Shown here: positions 22,786 through 36,480 of the stretch, piece by piece | How the letters are laid out: each line of letters starts with the position of its first letter | Numbering within the stretch: the first letter of the stretch is position 1 | Origin: Styela clava | Lineage: Eukaryota | Length of the DNA: 64,000 nt | Assembly: GCF_964204865.1 (NCBI RefSeq) | Contig: NC_135250.1 | Location: forward strand, 31,868,001-31,932,000 | Direction: 5' to 3' | Position numbers and translations under genes: made by a program | The notes under the pieces: generated by a model | What the model was told of the DNA's origin: nothing | Databases searched by the model: none | Seen by the model: the letters and a program-made list of their open reading frames with translations, nothing else

Positions 22786-25203
22786 ATGGGGCAAGGTGTA
22801 ATGAAGAGCATTCATTTGGAGGATGAGCCGATCGACAAACCAGAAATGTTTGCTAAATACAAGGAGTATGGCGCAGAGGATAGGCCTGTCAGAAGTGAGT
22901 GGGACATGATTACTAAAATGTGTTTATTTTTTAACGAGAGGAAAGGTGGTTAGTTTCCTCAATCATGTGGGTATGTATGTAAAGGAAAGTTGATTAGGCG
23001 GCAAACCACATCCTCACAGCTGGTTACCAACTCTGGTCTGTATGGAAATAGCTAACCATTATAAGGTAGTAAGTAAGTAGTCTTGGTTTGAACCTATAGA
23101 CCAGGGGTCGGCAACCTACGGCCCGGATCCGGCCCGCGGAGCAATATGATCCGGCCCGGGACGCTTCACTGAATTATAGTAAAAAATTATAGCTGTTTCG
23201 TCGATTATCTTCTTTACGCAAAAGAATTTACGTGTAGACTAAATTATATTATAACGTAACAAGTATATAATTCACAATAACTTGTCTAATGAGCCTATAA
23301 TCTAATTATAATTTAGACAAAGGGCAACAAAACGCAGAAAAGTTGATGCTAAGTGCAAATGGTTTAATGGCGCAAAAATATTCAAATGGTCAGTCTTCGC
23401 GCGCTGCTTAAAATTTAACTTCTGATCTGTGTGATAAAATGTGATTCATCGGTCATCCATTCGATTTTTAACTTTCCAAAAATATGTGCGGCCCGTCAAT
23501 GACTTGCAACCTTTAATTTTGGCCCGCGAGCGACAAAAGGTTGCCGACCCCTGCTATAGACCTTCACACAAAAATATCAGAAGATGCCATGCCTAACGCT
23601 TAGCAAGATGCACCAACCAATGTACAATGACATCCCGGCTGTTCTAGTTTAGCCAGTTATGTTTGTTGTATTACATCCCCCAAGATGGTGGAGAAAGCCG
23701 TGTCCTGCCACTTTTCAATATCTGAGGCAATCAGAGCTGCGTAAAATTTACATTTAAGTTGAGAAAATATTTTCCATTTCTGAACTCCTGTAAAAATCAA
23801 ATTCTTATATTGAAAAATTCTTATTGATTTAATTGAACAAATCTTCTAATTGATTGTGCCTAATGAAATTTGTTTTTCGCTTAGTTATTATAAAAAAAAT
23901 TTTGATCATCCCTGCTAGTAAACCCCAATACTTTGAAAGATTTAAAATATTAAGGTTCTGCTCTTATCAAGTCACCTATTTTTAACAATCATTTCAGAAA
24001 TGGCAGTTACAAGAGAAGAAATGAATCTGGGACAAATACCTCGTGAAAGCCGTGACTACTGCGCCCAACATTTCATGGCGTACAAGAAATGCATTAGAGA
24101 GTGGATGCCGCAGTATCGGAAGTGCATGCATCAACTTCACCATTACCATGATTGCGAGATAGAAGAGTGAGTTAAAGGAATATAGACTGCAATTAATATA
24201 ACAACCTCTTCTTGTTACTAATCAGTGTCGGATTTGTCAGTGTCGGTCCCCAAACCAGGGGTCATGACCCCAAATTGTGTCGGAGTGATAAGTAGGTAGG
24301 TTCGCAAACAGGTCATGGGATCGGCGGGGTCGCTGAGTTATGGTAGATGATGGATGTACAAAACATCTGAAATTTGACATACCATGTTAAATTTAGCAGC
24401 TTGCACCATGGCTTACTGTAAAACAGGCCTATAGGCATCACTCTATGCTTATGCTATAGAAAATGTAGGTGCTTATTGTGACATCACTGTTTGGTTTTAG
24501 CTTACTTTACCTGTCCTATACCACCACATGACCAAACTCATAAGTCAAATGAAAGAAGCTCTAAAGTCCCATGAAAAATATATTCATTGACCTGGGGTCG
24601 CACTGGACACTCGAAAGTTGTTATTGGGGTCGTCCTGGAAAAAGCTTGGGAACCCCTGACTTACATGTTTATGCCGGGGGAGAGGAAAAACGGCTTTGTC
24701 ATATGGCAAACTACAACCTCCTTTCCCAGTTAAAGTCTGGACGGAATTAGTCAGCCAATTGAGTTTCAGATGCGTGGACTTGATGGTGGAGGAAGCTGTA
24801 ACCAACTAGCGATCACACATGAACCACCCTACGGCATTGAGGAGTCCAGCAATCCTCTCGCACATAATTATTCCTATGAGATTTGAACTTTAGAACCTAT
24901 GCAGGGTAATTAGAGATGTTGTATCAAATGTTTCCATAACACTTCGTATGGTCCCTCGATCTGATCAACAAAATTAGCAGTATATACCAGTATAAATGTG
25001 ATTTCTAATAAGGGACTTTTTTTTTGAATTTACAATGGTATTCTCCAAACACTCATTAGCAGCCATTTTAAAGAGCTTTATGTCTTTGATTTTTCAGCCA
25101 AATTATTCGAAGAAAAGAATATGAGAGAACTAAGCGCCTAATGAAGCGTGACAAGGAGCGAGCAAGACGGGAGGCGAGAGAAGCAGCGGCCGCAGCACAA
25201 TAA
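22786..25203 (+). CDS. NDUFB7: NADH dehydrogenase (complex I) subunit B18, 127 aa
   Basis: Exons 22786-22894, 23998-24166, 25098-25203. CCACCATGG start and an MG N-terminus; M.VT.EEM...RDYCAQH; twin CX9C (CAQHFMAYKKC, CMHQLHHYHDC); RRKEYERTKRL; AATAAA right after the stop. Confidence 0.95.
23102..23553. mobile_element. hAT (Charlie-like) MITE in NDUFB7 intron 1; inverted sister copy at 40696-41149
   Basis: TIR CAGGGGTCGGCAACCT...AGGTTGCCGACCCCTG; perfect TSD CTATAGAC. Confidence 0.92.
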
Positions 25204-25577
25204 ATAAACTCATTTGAATTTTTTGTTTATATATCTAAAAATAAAATATGTTTTCTCTTCTCACTGTTTCTCAATGATCAGAGTTTTCAAATTAATGGTG
25301 TGTGGGCATCAACAAAAGTCTTAATAATATCCTTTTTAAATAGTGTGTGCGTTGATGTGGCCTATTGAAACAATCTATTTGGTGGCGCGGAATCAAATGA
25401 AGCATTCCAGTGTGCCAAAAAAGCAATTTATGAATGCGACATTGGCGCCGTATTTGGCCATTGGCGGCCTGGAAATCTAGGTAAAAAGCTGGGTACAAGT
25501 TTTGGTTACATAGTGGTGTATCAATACCATTCTCAGGTTTGGCTCCTAGACTGTTCTGACGAAACCCTGGTTGAAAG

Positions 25578-26728
25578 TAGAGATGTATCGGTATCGGCAA
25601 TATCGGCCATTTTATCGGTATCGGTTAGATTAAGGCCGATATTTCCGATATATTTACCTTTTTGATATGGTCCAGAATGTTTTAAAAGATAAGTTGGAAT
25701 ACTACTTTTCAATTTATTTTTTGTCTGGAGAGATCGTGAGCTATAGGCCATACATGTCCCTACCCCCGCGAGAGAATAGGATTCACGTATTTTTAGCTAT
25801 TTTCGCTGTCAAATTTTTATATTGACATTTTTAATATTACATAGTAATTATGAAGAAACATATCAACACGGCACATAACAAAAAGCAATTAGGCGCCCAG
25901 TTTTAAATCATACAGTGGAATTGGGGTCCTTATTAACGGCACATGGACTTTTGGCACGGGTATAAATTCTGACTGTTTGTCGTCAAGTACGAGTGTCATT
26001 TAGTCCGACGACATCGATAAACTAAACTCCGACACAATTATCCCTCTACGCAGATATTAATTTTGTTTAACTACACAATTTCTTTATAGATATATTGACA
26101 TGACCGCCTAGCCCCAGAGGGCCTAGAGTCCTAGACTGTCTCAAAATATATGATGGCAATTGTATAATAATATAAAATAGTAAAGTGAAAAAACATCCTC
26201 GACGGGTATATGTAGGCCTTCTTTTGGTCGGTGCTGATTGATATTCTTTCATGTTGGCTTTGACTTATTGCGTCGACGATTACGATTAGCCACGAAATAA
26301 AATATTTGAAAAATGCTTTTAATTTGAACGTAGGACGGCGGCTCTGGAATGTGTGGGTGATATTCGATATTCTTTTAAACACGAATAACGATATTCGAAG
26401 GTCGCGATATTAACATTAAATTCAAATTGGACATCCCGGCTTATGAGTTTTCTAATTGAACACCGAGATTACTAGCGTTACTGTACAGTGTATCTTAATC
26501 AGTTAAAGCAAACACCAAACATTAATTTCATATTATGTGATATATCTTTATTTCGATCTGAAATAATGTGTACTATGAACAACGCTCAAAGACCATTGTT
26601 TTAACCCGTCTGCCCTACACAGCACACCTAATTAAGTAATATTTACATAGTATCGGTATCGGTAATATCGGCCCTTCTGTAGTATCGGTATCGGTATCGG
26701 CGACAAAAGTGGTATCGGTACATCTCTA
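25578..26728. mobile_element. 1.15-kb non-autonomous hAT element
   Basis: TIR TAGAGATGTA...TACATCTCTA; TATCGG subterminal repeats at both ends; perfect TSD GTTGAAAG. Confidence 0.9.
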
Positions 26729-26888
26729 GTTGAAAGCCAGTCAGAGCATTGTACCTAACCATGTAGACATTGCAGATGAGACAGTTCTGGTTTGAATCCC
26801 AGGTGCAATAAATTAGATTGACAGTCCAGACCGGAAAGATTCTTCCAAACTCAATTTTATTTTGGTCTCTCAGAAACAAAATACAGAG

Positions 26889-27060
26889 GGGGCTCCCGAA
26901 GTATGCAAACCAAGATGGTGGACATCGTAATGTAATATGTGTACTAGGTTAGAGTTAGGCCATAATTTTAGGTATAAATACTACGGGAGGCTCTTGGCTA
27001 CCTGTTACCCATGTTACGTTCCGATGTCCGCCATCTTGGTTCGCATACTTCGGGAGCACC
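26889..27060. mobile_element. Subfamily A GG-ended MITE, internally deleted copy
   Basis: Same arms as 15877-16113, with about 65 bp missing internally. Confidence 0.85.
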
Positions 27061-29130
27061 GGGGGCGGGCATAATTCAAAATAGAAAAGTTAAAAACATC
27101 CAAGTACGTGCCCGTCAACCACAAACAGTCAAAAGAACTATGATAATACCTAACCTGGCAGAGCCTCCAAAGTAAAAATCATATACAACAGAATGAAATG
27201 GACTCACATGCCTATTCTAGGTGTAACTTACCAAATTCAATCAGACTCGTATCTCTCTGATAAATTTATTTAATCATGATTTTGTACTGGAAAGATGGTG
27301 AATGAAAAAATTATTCTTATCTCTACAAAATCTGTGTCAATGAATGGTACATGCTCTGCTTGTCATGTAATATTCTTCTTCGTGAGTGGAATGAGGTGAT
27401 ATACAACACAGATATCCAAATTGATTCAAAAGTTAATTACATTCAGTATTTTAAACTTTCAATCTTCATTTAAAAAATTTATCATTTTGACCAACCGAAG
27501 TCTTTTAAAATTATGCACATTGTGCACTTCCATTTATTTGTCTGCATTTAAAAATCAGAAAATATTCGGAATATTGGATAATTTTGTATTGGCCACTTCA
27601 ATCATGATTAGGGACGGCCAATACCGAATTCTGAAGCCTTAAAAGATAAAACGGGAGACCGAAGACTGCAGTTTCGATTCATGACTTTATAGTGACACCG
27701 CGTGTCCCATCACTAATTAATTAATAACTCGCTAATTATACGACATAATTCATCCAAAATCAATAGGCTTCTGGTCCGAGATATGATGAATGCACATGCA
27801 ATTTAACATGCATTTAAAGCAGATTCAACCACGCCTTCGTGAGATATCGCGTGCATCTAACAGACAGACGAACAAACAAATACCTATCAACATACTTACT
27901 GATCTAAAGATTGATATGTAACAAGTCATGGCGCCAATATTCTTGTATTGTGGCTATGGAAGGGGAATTAAAACCAAATACCTCTTCTACACATATAGGA
28001 TGTAAATATTTATCCCAGGGGAGAAAAAAGGGACCTCTAGAAATATGCGCATCAACATGGCCCACGACCTGAACATAGTATGTGTGTACCGGTTAGGATT
28101 CGGTTGTGCGACATCTTGGTGCGCATACTTCTGGAGCACAGAAAAAAGTGCATGTCCATGCCGAGATATGGGATTAGTTAGCCAGTTCTTTGTTTCAGAT
28201 GCATAGACTTGATGGTGGAAAGAGTCTAACGGGCCAGCGGTTAAGGAAAATTTTTTCTACTATTCATAGAGTTATCTATGTTCCCCACCTGCCTCAAAAG
28301 CGTGTTATTACATTGCATATCATGTTAGTCATGGTTCTCACAACTTCTGTATGAAATTTAAAAATAGATTTTGAAATTTTGGTGCCGGAATACAGTCTGT
28401 GAACTGCCATATTCCCAGGTATTTCTCCATTCGTGTGCTGCCGTTGGAGATCACTTTCCCAGAGAGTCTAGTGATAAATTTTGAAATCAAAAGGCATTTG
28501 GAGGTTAATTTTTTATTCAACCACACAGACAAAACAACTTATAAGGAAAACTTGGCAATATGAAAAGATAACAAACGCTACACTGTAAGGATTGGAACTG
28601 AAGATGGTCAGAACCCAGTCATTATCTATGATTCTGAATGTAAAATATGGAATATACAGGGTGTCAATAAAGTCTTGAAAAAAATTTTAAATTGCAAAGG
28701 GAATTTATTGATATCATATATTGTTTTGGCGCTTACAGATGTATTGAATGAGGTAAAATATTTACTGATTGAAAAACAACAAACCTGGTTAAGATATATA
28801 GCGAGAATTGACTTCATAACAAAATTGTAAAGGGACTTTATGGACACCCTGTATTTTACATCGGTCATATTTAATAAATTACACATCGACGTCAAAGAGT
28901 TAAGATTTGGAAATGAGGGAAACTTGAAATAAACAGATGTCGTCAGTCATTTCTACAAGTACTTTGGGTGCCTTCCCACAAGACGATAATAACTCGCTAC
29001 TTTATCCATAACCACTTTCTAACCGAACAAAGTCAATAAATAGGAAGCGTATAAAAAATATGGTCAATTACATCACAGTATTCAAACTTTACAGCAATTG
29101 TGACATCACTGTAGATATATTATGAGATCA

Positions 29131-32100
29131 CTATGATTTAGAGGTATGCATTGGGCATTCTGCCGGAATGTCTGATTGTGATGTCATCTGTGCAGTCATG
29201 CGTTGCGTATTCGAATCAGATGCTTGCGGAATTCCATTGTGGATGACTTTCTTGTTTTTTTCGATTGTAGAATCTGCGTCTCCTCCCCCAAAATTCGTCA
29301 ACCTCATGTACCAAGCTTTAGAACGATCCCAAACAGCTCCGAAGGAATCCAGCGCTGGTCTTACATCCTGAAAGAAAAACTTTTCGTATAAGTTTGCTTC
29401 AAGAAAGGTTTCTAGCCCTCATGGTGCAAAGAGTAAAACGAGAATATCGGTTGGAAACCGAAGACTTATCGATCGAGAGTTAGGGGATCCCCCAAAACAG
29501 AAACTGCGGTTTTGATTCATCCGCTCTTGTAACTTGCGCACTGCGCATCACACACACTCGGTGGGTCTCAAAATTCTCTCGTTTTACAAAAATTTAGATC
29601 ACTTCATCAATAATTGATTGATAACTCGCTAATTATACGACATAATTCGCCCAAAATCAATAGGCTTCTGGTCTGAGATAAGATGAATGCACATGCAAAA
29701 TCTGGAGCAGATTCAATCTCGCTTTCGTGAGATATCACGTGCATCTAACAGACATACAGACAGACGAATACCTATCAACATACTTACCGATTAAAATCGA
29801 TAAGTAATAATAAGGGGTTCGCAAACACCACTGTAATCAGTAATTTATTTTATCACCATATAAGAAATACTGTACATACAGAACGAGAAGGAAGAGAGGA
29901 AAATAATGCATTTCATGGTGAAAGGGGACGCGGTAAACCAGCATTGGTTATCGAGCAGCGACACCTAAGAATAGTCTAACATTGGGTCATACAAGAACAA
30001 AAATCGAACTAAATATATAGTACTAAAGTGAGGAGTCGGACGCCAAAATACTGACATTGGCATAAATATGTTTAAAAAGACCGGATATTTCCAGACTTAC
30101 TACTGATATATCTATACTTGCAATGCGGGTGTTAGCTGGTAGTGACCATGATTTATTACACATCACTTACATTCAATTCGATAGGACCACCCTGTTTCCA
30201 TCAGAGAGAGATAGAATTCTTCATTTTGTCAACCAAAAAACGCATAATATGATATATAACAATAAGAAAATGAGTGAAACAAAAGTTTTCGGTATGACTG
30301 TGAGGTAATGATACGACCATTTATGGTCATCTGAGTCAGATACTGACACTTTCATATTTAATATTCAGCGTTTAGCGAATATGCAAAGGAGTCGATCGCT
30401 AGGTGGTCAGAGACCTGCACGACACAAAAGAACGAGAGGGTTACAACATAGAAAAACAATTACCGGTACTCAATTTTTGGATAAACAAATTTTTTTTAAA
30501 TCTTTTTGTAGGGCGCATAAAAATTTTTACGGGCCACATGCTGCCCACAGGTCATACACTGCGCAGGCCTGGGTTAAAGGCATTTGACAATAAGAATTTC
30601 GCTTTTGAACCCCATGTCCACCATATTTCCCTGAGGTGTAATAAATGGGGTAGATAGTGTCGGACCAAAAAGATTCTACTCCTAGTCTTCAACCAACAAT
30701 AATGGCTCATTTGCTAGCTCAGGGTGGTCCAAGATTGGCAGCTCCGCGGGCCACAAAATTACCCTTGCATTGTTTGCGGGCCACAATAGTGCCAAGAACT
30801 TCGCTCGTTTAGTTGCTTCAGCAAGCCATAACACTAGTCAATTCAGTGAAATTAATGATGCAACAATATGTCAAAAGATTTTTTGTTCAATTTTATGACG
30901 AAACAACACGAAATGCGATTTTTGATTCTTCTCCGAATACGACGCGGGCCACAGATAATGAATCAACGGGCCACATGTGGCCGCCAGTCCTGGGTTTGGA
31001 CTACCCTGGGCTAGCTATTTACAGCTTTAGCTTTGTTTATAAAACTCACCAAAATTGTGAATTGAAACGTTTCCGGGTTAACAGCCCCTCCATCGTAATA
31101 ATCAATGATGTAGCGGACTTTCTTTCCACACCTGTCAATCACCCAGTCGTGACGATCAAACGGAAGTTCGTAGCTGAAAAGAAAAGTTCAGAATTTGTTA
31201 TGAGGCTTTAATTTGAGCGGTCCAGAAGTGTGTACCAATATGGAGGTAACTAATTTTTTTTTCCTACTTCAAGTTGCATTAAGGGACTGAAACCTATGGG
31301 CAGGGGTATATTCACTTGGCTAACCCAGACAGTCCCCGAACTCGTAATAGAACTAAATAAGGAAATTTAGAATAAAATTATGGCCTAACCCTAACCTGGT
31401 ACACACACTATGGAAGTACCTCACGTAACCGAAGTCATAATAGAGTTACTTCATGTATCGAATTTTATTAATGAAAAGTCAAATATTAGAGGAGATTACA
31501 GTCAAAAAAAATTGGACAAATCTCAGATAGGGACTTTGTTGTATGAGCAGATTCTTTACAGATTATCAAATTGAGTGTCCTGGTATGAATCCAATGTTTG
31601 CAAATGAATCATAACACATTTAACCTAATATAAGTAAGTCTAACTATTTGAAAAATCTTAATACAACTACCGGTAAATATTTCAATCAGTTAAATATAAA
31701 ATAACACAAAGCCTGTTTGAGACAGGATGAGAGGAATGTCATAACCCAATAGGCTTTAGTCATTAAAAACCCATCATTCTAAAAATATCAAAAAAATGTG
31801 AAAAATATTCTATCCTCAAAACTGCTCACGTATATAATGAAAGATGTCTAGAAAATTACAGAATATGCAAATTTCTGCTCTGGTGATCACATTCCCCATA
31901 AGAGCTAATGTTAAAATTGTTTTGTTCAGATCACTTTTCTTTTAGCGCGGAGGATGGGTTTTTAATGAATAAGGTCTAATGAGACACCTAACAAGGTATT
32001 TGCTCATGGCCGCCTAGAGGGGCCGAGTCTGGTATAGTTTAGCCCCACATGCACTTTTAGTTGGCCTGGCTCAAGAATTTTGGCGTCATTCTCAACCCCC

Positions 32101-35100
32101 ATTTGACCACTGTCACAGTTGGTGTAATAAGACCCTACAAAATATAAAGATGGTCGCAATTTCTCACGTTTTTCGTCGCAATGATCCTGATATGAGAAAG
32201 ATCGTTGGCGCAGAAGCTATTTCTGGTGATCGTACTTTGGCAACCTCTATGGCGTGATTGTGATGTCGTAGTGACGTCATTTTTTGGAAGACATAGTCAG
32301 GTGGGCGTTAGAAATAACATATGCCAAATTTTTTTGTCTCAAAAGTCTTTGTGGTACTATACTAGACCAGAGGGGCCAAGTTCCAAATTTGTAAACCTCG
32401 GCTGCAGCACTTACCCCATCCAACTCCTTATTCTTGCTCTCGGAGAAAATTCTTTCGCTTTTCCCCCAAATTTTAATAATTTTGGGCCACAGGGGCATTC
32501 TCTGTAAAAGAAAAAAAACACATCTAAGGAAATTGGTTACGGAAGTATTAACAAACATTTTCAGTTAAATTTCACCCTTCGCCTATTTCAGAACTATTCT
32601 TTCTACGTCTCCACGTATCAAAACTATTTATTTAATACTTATCGATTTCAATCGGTAAGTATGTTGATAGGTATTTGTCTGTTTGTCTGTCTGTTAGATG
32701 CACGCGATATCTCACGAAAGCGAGATTGAATCTGCTCCAGATTTTGCATGTGCATTCATCATATGTCGTACCAGAAGCCTATTGATTTTGGATGAATTAT
32801 GTCGTATAATTAGCGAGTTAATAATTAATTAGCGATGGGACACAAGGTGTCACTATGGAGTAAGAACGCTGTTTTGGGGGATCCCCTAACTTTCCATCGA
32901 TAAGTCTATTCTCGTTCAATCTTTAATGGATCTTCAGCTAGTTTTATGCACAAGTTGCATTTCCGTTTTTGTACATTTAAGTAGTTTATATTGTGTGCAC
33001 ACATTAGTATTTTAGATGTAATAATAAGCGAGAATATCTGTATTTGTACTACAGCAAAGGATAAGCAAAACTCCTCTTTTGTAAAGTTTGAGTAGTTTAC
33101 AATATACATACATAAGTATTATGGTAATATTATCCAACTAAAGAATGTTTAGTAGTAATACAGCAAATACAAAACAAAATTATTCCCCAAGAACGAAAAA
33201 ATATCACACTGGTCAGGGAAAGTGGAGCGCATGGATCCTAAACAAATGACTGTTTAATTAACAATTTGCATGAACAACATGGACTGGTAATTTTCTCTCC
33301 CTCGAGATGAAAATGAAAATTTCAAAACTCCGTCACCTACTTGGCATGGAAGGCCTCCCATTTCAAGACTTCCATCCAGGCTTGTTCATTATTAGCGTTA
33401 TGTATTGAAATGATATTGGTCATATCTCCTTCCTGAGGGTCATCATCCTTCCAACGCCAGCCTTTACGTAACATCGCGTTCCAAAACATTTGTTCCGAGG
33501 GGTAAACCCATCTTTCACCTGTGAAAACATCAAGTTGTCTTTGAGGTGTTCACTCAAATCAAGGCGCTGCATAAACGATCTATCGCTTTTAATAGCGCTC
33601 CAGAAATGTGTGTACCAATATGGAGGTAACTAATGTTGTTCGCCTACTATACTTCAAGTTGTGTAAAGGGACTGAAACCTATGGACAGGGGGATATTCAC
33701 TTGGCTAACACAGACAAATTCGAAATCGTAGTCGTAATAGAACTCAAATGGGAAAATCAAAATAAAATTATGGCCTAGCCCTAACCTGGTAAACACACAA
33801 TGGGGGTATCGATATTATGGCAGCAAAAAACAGAATTTCCTCGGTTTTGACTTGCCTACTTGCTGGCTGCTCATTTTATAACTTTTTCACTGCGAAGAGC
33901 GCCCTCTAGATACAAATACAACTGCTGATATTATCTTGTTTTTTAGTTTTATAGCTATAGTCATCGGTTTTAAGTTTTCACCCCCCCCCCCCCCCCCGTT
34001 CAAAAAAAGGACGCTTGACATACCTTCCTTTGCTTCTCCTTTAGGAATTGATGACACAATTCTGTCTGTTGACAGAGGAAAAGGCTGATCTGGTGACGGC
34101 TGTTGATTAGGGGGCGGCATCTGCGAGGAAAAGGAATTTATGAATATTTTCACTTATCAACAAAAAATATTTATTTATACCTATCTCTCCATGCATGGAT
34201 TTGAATCAAAAATTTTGATCAGAAAACATCATGTTTTAGCACAGTGCAAGAAAACTCCGTTTATCTCAGTTTCATTGCTTGACCCTAATGGGATTCGGAA
34301 TCGACCAATAATATAACACTGTACATATTACCGTGACAACAACAGGGAAGGAGTGGGACATGATTGCTAAAATTCTTCTGGAAGGGGGCTGCCCCTTTCA
34401 TCTTTAAGTTATCGAAATTTTGAATTGATTGGTTGATTAGCCACAACGAAAAAAAAATTTTTCAACGAGAATTCAGTAAAACATGAGTCCGTGCCATGTT
34501 ACAAAGTAAAAAAAGATCAGAAACTTTACCATATTTGTAGGGTCAATCTCTGAACTCTGACCTCCACTCATCGGACATTCGCTGGGATATTGTTGGTCAG
34601 TTGTCTTGTTGTGCATTGGACATTCTGATGGAGGCCCAGCGGCTAAATAAAGAGAACAGTAATAAATAATAGTCAGGCTTGATGGCTAGCTCTGGTATCT
34701 TGCAAAGGTTTGAACTGGAATTATTTGTGAGAGGATCGCTATACTCTCCTCCACTTCGCCTATGATTTGATAAAATGGGTAGTGCTGCATCGTGCTAAGC
34801 GTTAGGAATTGGAAGCACACCTTTGAATACTCTGCGTGGGTTCGCAGGTATTAATCCTATGCGGGGATAGTTATGTGCGAGAGGATTGCTGTACTCCATG
34901 AGGAGGCAGAGAGGTTCACGTAACCGCTTGTCTTCTACGGCTTCCTCCAGCACTAAGCCCAGTCCATGCTTCGAAATCAAATAACTGACTAACTACTAAT
35001 CCCATACCCAACATGGAATGGTATCCGGACGAGTGACCGTGGTTCGCCATATTATTAAGCCATCTTATCGGCTTTCCTCTCCCCCAAGAAGAATACGTAA

Positions 35101-35259
35101 TCCCATACACTATCTCCTTACATCTTGATAAATATCAGTAGCCTCTTGTTTGAAGCCTTGTTCAGAGCAAAAGGCTTGAATGGACATCACTTTAAAAAAA
35201 AAGTTACCTGCAGCTGTTGGCTTCTGTTCCACCACTGGTGTGGACTCCCCACTTCCCAT
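29131..35259 (-). CDS. HCCS: Holocytochrome c-type synthase (cytochrome c heme lyase), 295 aa
   Basis: Exons 35259-35208, 34642-34530, 34120-34024, 33518-33341, 32501-32415, 31173-31050, 29367-29131; phases consistent. Motifs: [90 protein letters not shown]...[16 protein letters not shown]. Confidence 0.97.
31750..31978. mobile_element. Unclassified TIR MITE
   Basis: Imperfect inverted repeats of about 26 bp: TAGGCTTTAGTCATTAAAAACCCATC / GATGGGTTTTTAATGAATAAGGTCTA. Confidence 0.6.
32634..32906 (+). mobile_element. Second DINE-1/HINE-like family; copies at about 27655-27922 (-), 29458-29808 (-), 55476-55752 (+)
   Basis: 5' hairpin ACTTATCGATTTCAATCGGTAAGT, (GTCT)n microsatellite, conserved core GATGCACGCGATATCTCACGAAAGCGAG, 3' subTIR ATCGATAAGT. 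Confidence 0.75.
34783..35108 (+). mobile_element. tRNA-derived SINE, most complete copy; more than 12 fragments elsewhere (e.g. 1740, 10905, 11510, 24660, 28150, 38520, 39390, 43290, 45875, 49975, 52120, 52335, 57340, 63030)
   Basis: Head with A-box-like ATCGTGCTAAGCG and a degenerate B-box (GCAGGTT...ATCCC across copies); conserved body CGTAACCGCT..ACGGCTTCCTCCA..AGTCCATGC..AAATAACTG.CTAACTAATCCCATACCCGAC; most copies 5'-truncated; no TIRs. Confidence 0.75.
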
Positions 35260-35629
35260 TGCTGAACGAATGAACAAATTCAACCAACCAAAGGCAAAGT
35301 TTAAACCTACTCTATCCTAAATAAGCTAACCAACACAAAAAATTAAATTTAAAGCAGTAGGGACGACCAAGACTGAATAACATACTATTCAAAATACTGA
35401 ATATACAGGGCATTCATGAAGCCTTAAATTTTCAAAACTGCAAATGGATTTATCGAAACTATATATAGTTTGTTACCTCACAGATGTATTGAATGAAGTA
35501 AAAATACTTAATAAACACTGAATAAAATTAAAATAAACCTGGTTAAGATACATTCAGAACTGACATCATAACAAAAATGAAATTGTAACGGAACTTTATG
35601 AATACCATGTATTATTATTTTTGTCTAGT

Positions 35630-36480
35630 TCATCAAATAAATCCGCACAAAGCATTATAAATTGATAGAAATTGAATAATGTACCATTCATACTCTTAAT
35701 AAAACATGTTGATTTTTACCAAACACCAAAAAAATTTAAATGCAAACATTGAATGTATTCTAGCTTTAGTTATGTCGGCAGAAAATCTTGCACAAAGCTT
35801 TATAAATTGATAGAAATTGAATAATGTACTATCAATGATATTCTCTTAATTAGGACATGTTTCTCATATATGGATTTCTCCAAACACCATATACTAAGTA
35901 AATTTAAATATGGGTGCTCCCGAAGTATGCGAACCAAGATGGCGGACATCGGAACGTAACATGGGTAACAGGTTAGGCGATAATTTTTTTCCAATTTTCC
36001 TTATTTTAGTCCTATTATCAGTTCGAAGACTAGCCAAGAGCCTCCCGTAGTATTTATACCTAAAATTATGGCCTAACCCTAACCTAGTACACATATTACA
36101 TTCCGATGTCCACCATCTTGGTTCGCATACTTCGGGAGCCCCCAAATCTCTTATGTGACCCCTCGTACATTTCAGTTTAACTATCGCATTTTATTGTCAA
36201 TGAATGTATCTAATTTATTTTTTGTTCAAATGTAGAATATTTTGCATGTGAAACTACAAAATTAAATATCTGAATCTGAATATATTCTAGCTTGGTTATT
36301 TTGGACGAAGAAATTTGCACAAATCATTATGAGTTGATAGAAATTATGAAAACTTATATTTTAAAATATTGGATATATTTTTAATTAGCACATGTTCATC
36401 ATATATTTGAGTCGTGCACACCAGAAAAATTAGAGGGATACATTCCAAAATTATATTTTAGAATATAGAATGTATCTAAT
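35630..36480. repeat. Degenerate tandem units of about 150-170 bp upstream of the HCCS ATG, interrupted by a MITE
   Basis: Repeated gcacaaa.c.ttat.a.ttgatagaaatt...catgtt...cacca blocks at about 35645, 35790 and 36317. Confidence 0.65.
35913..36142. mobile_element. Subfamily A GG-ended MITE
   Basis: Near-identical to 48356-48585 and 15877-16113. Confidence 0.9.

Noticed and set aside
35894-36145. Recurrent small ORFs such as [11 protein letters not shown]... and MSAILVRI...
   Set aside because: Translations of MITE arms; they recur because the repeat recurs.
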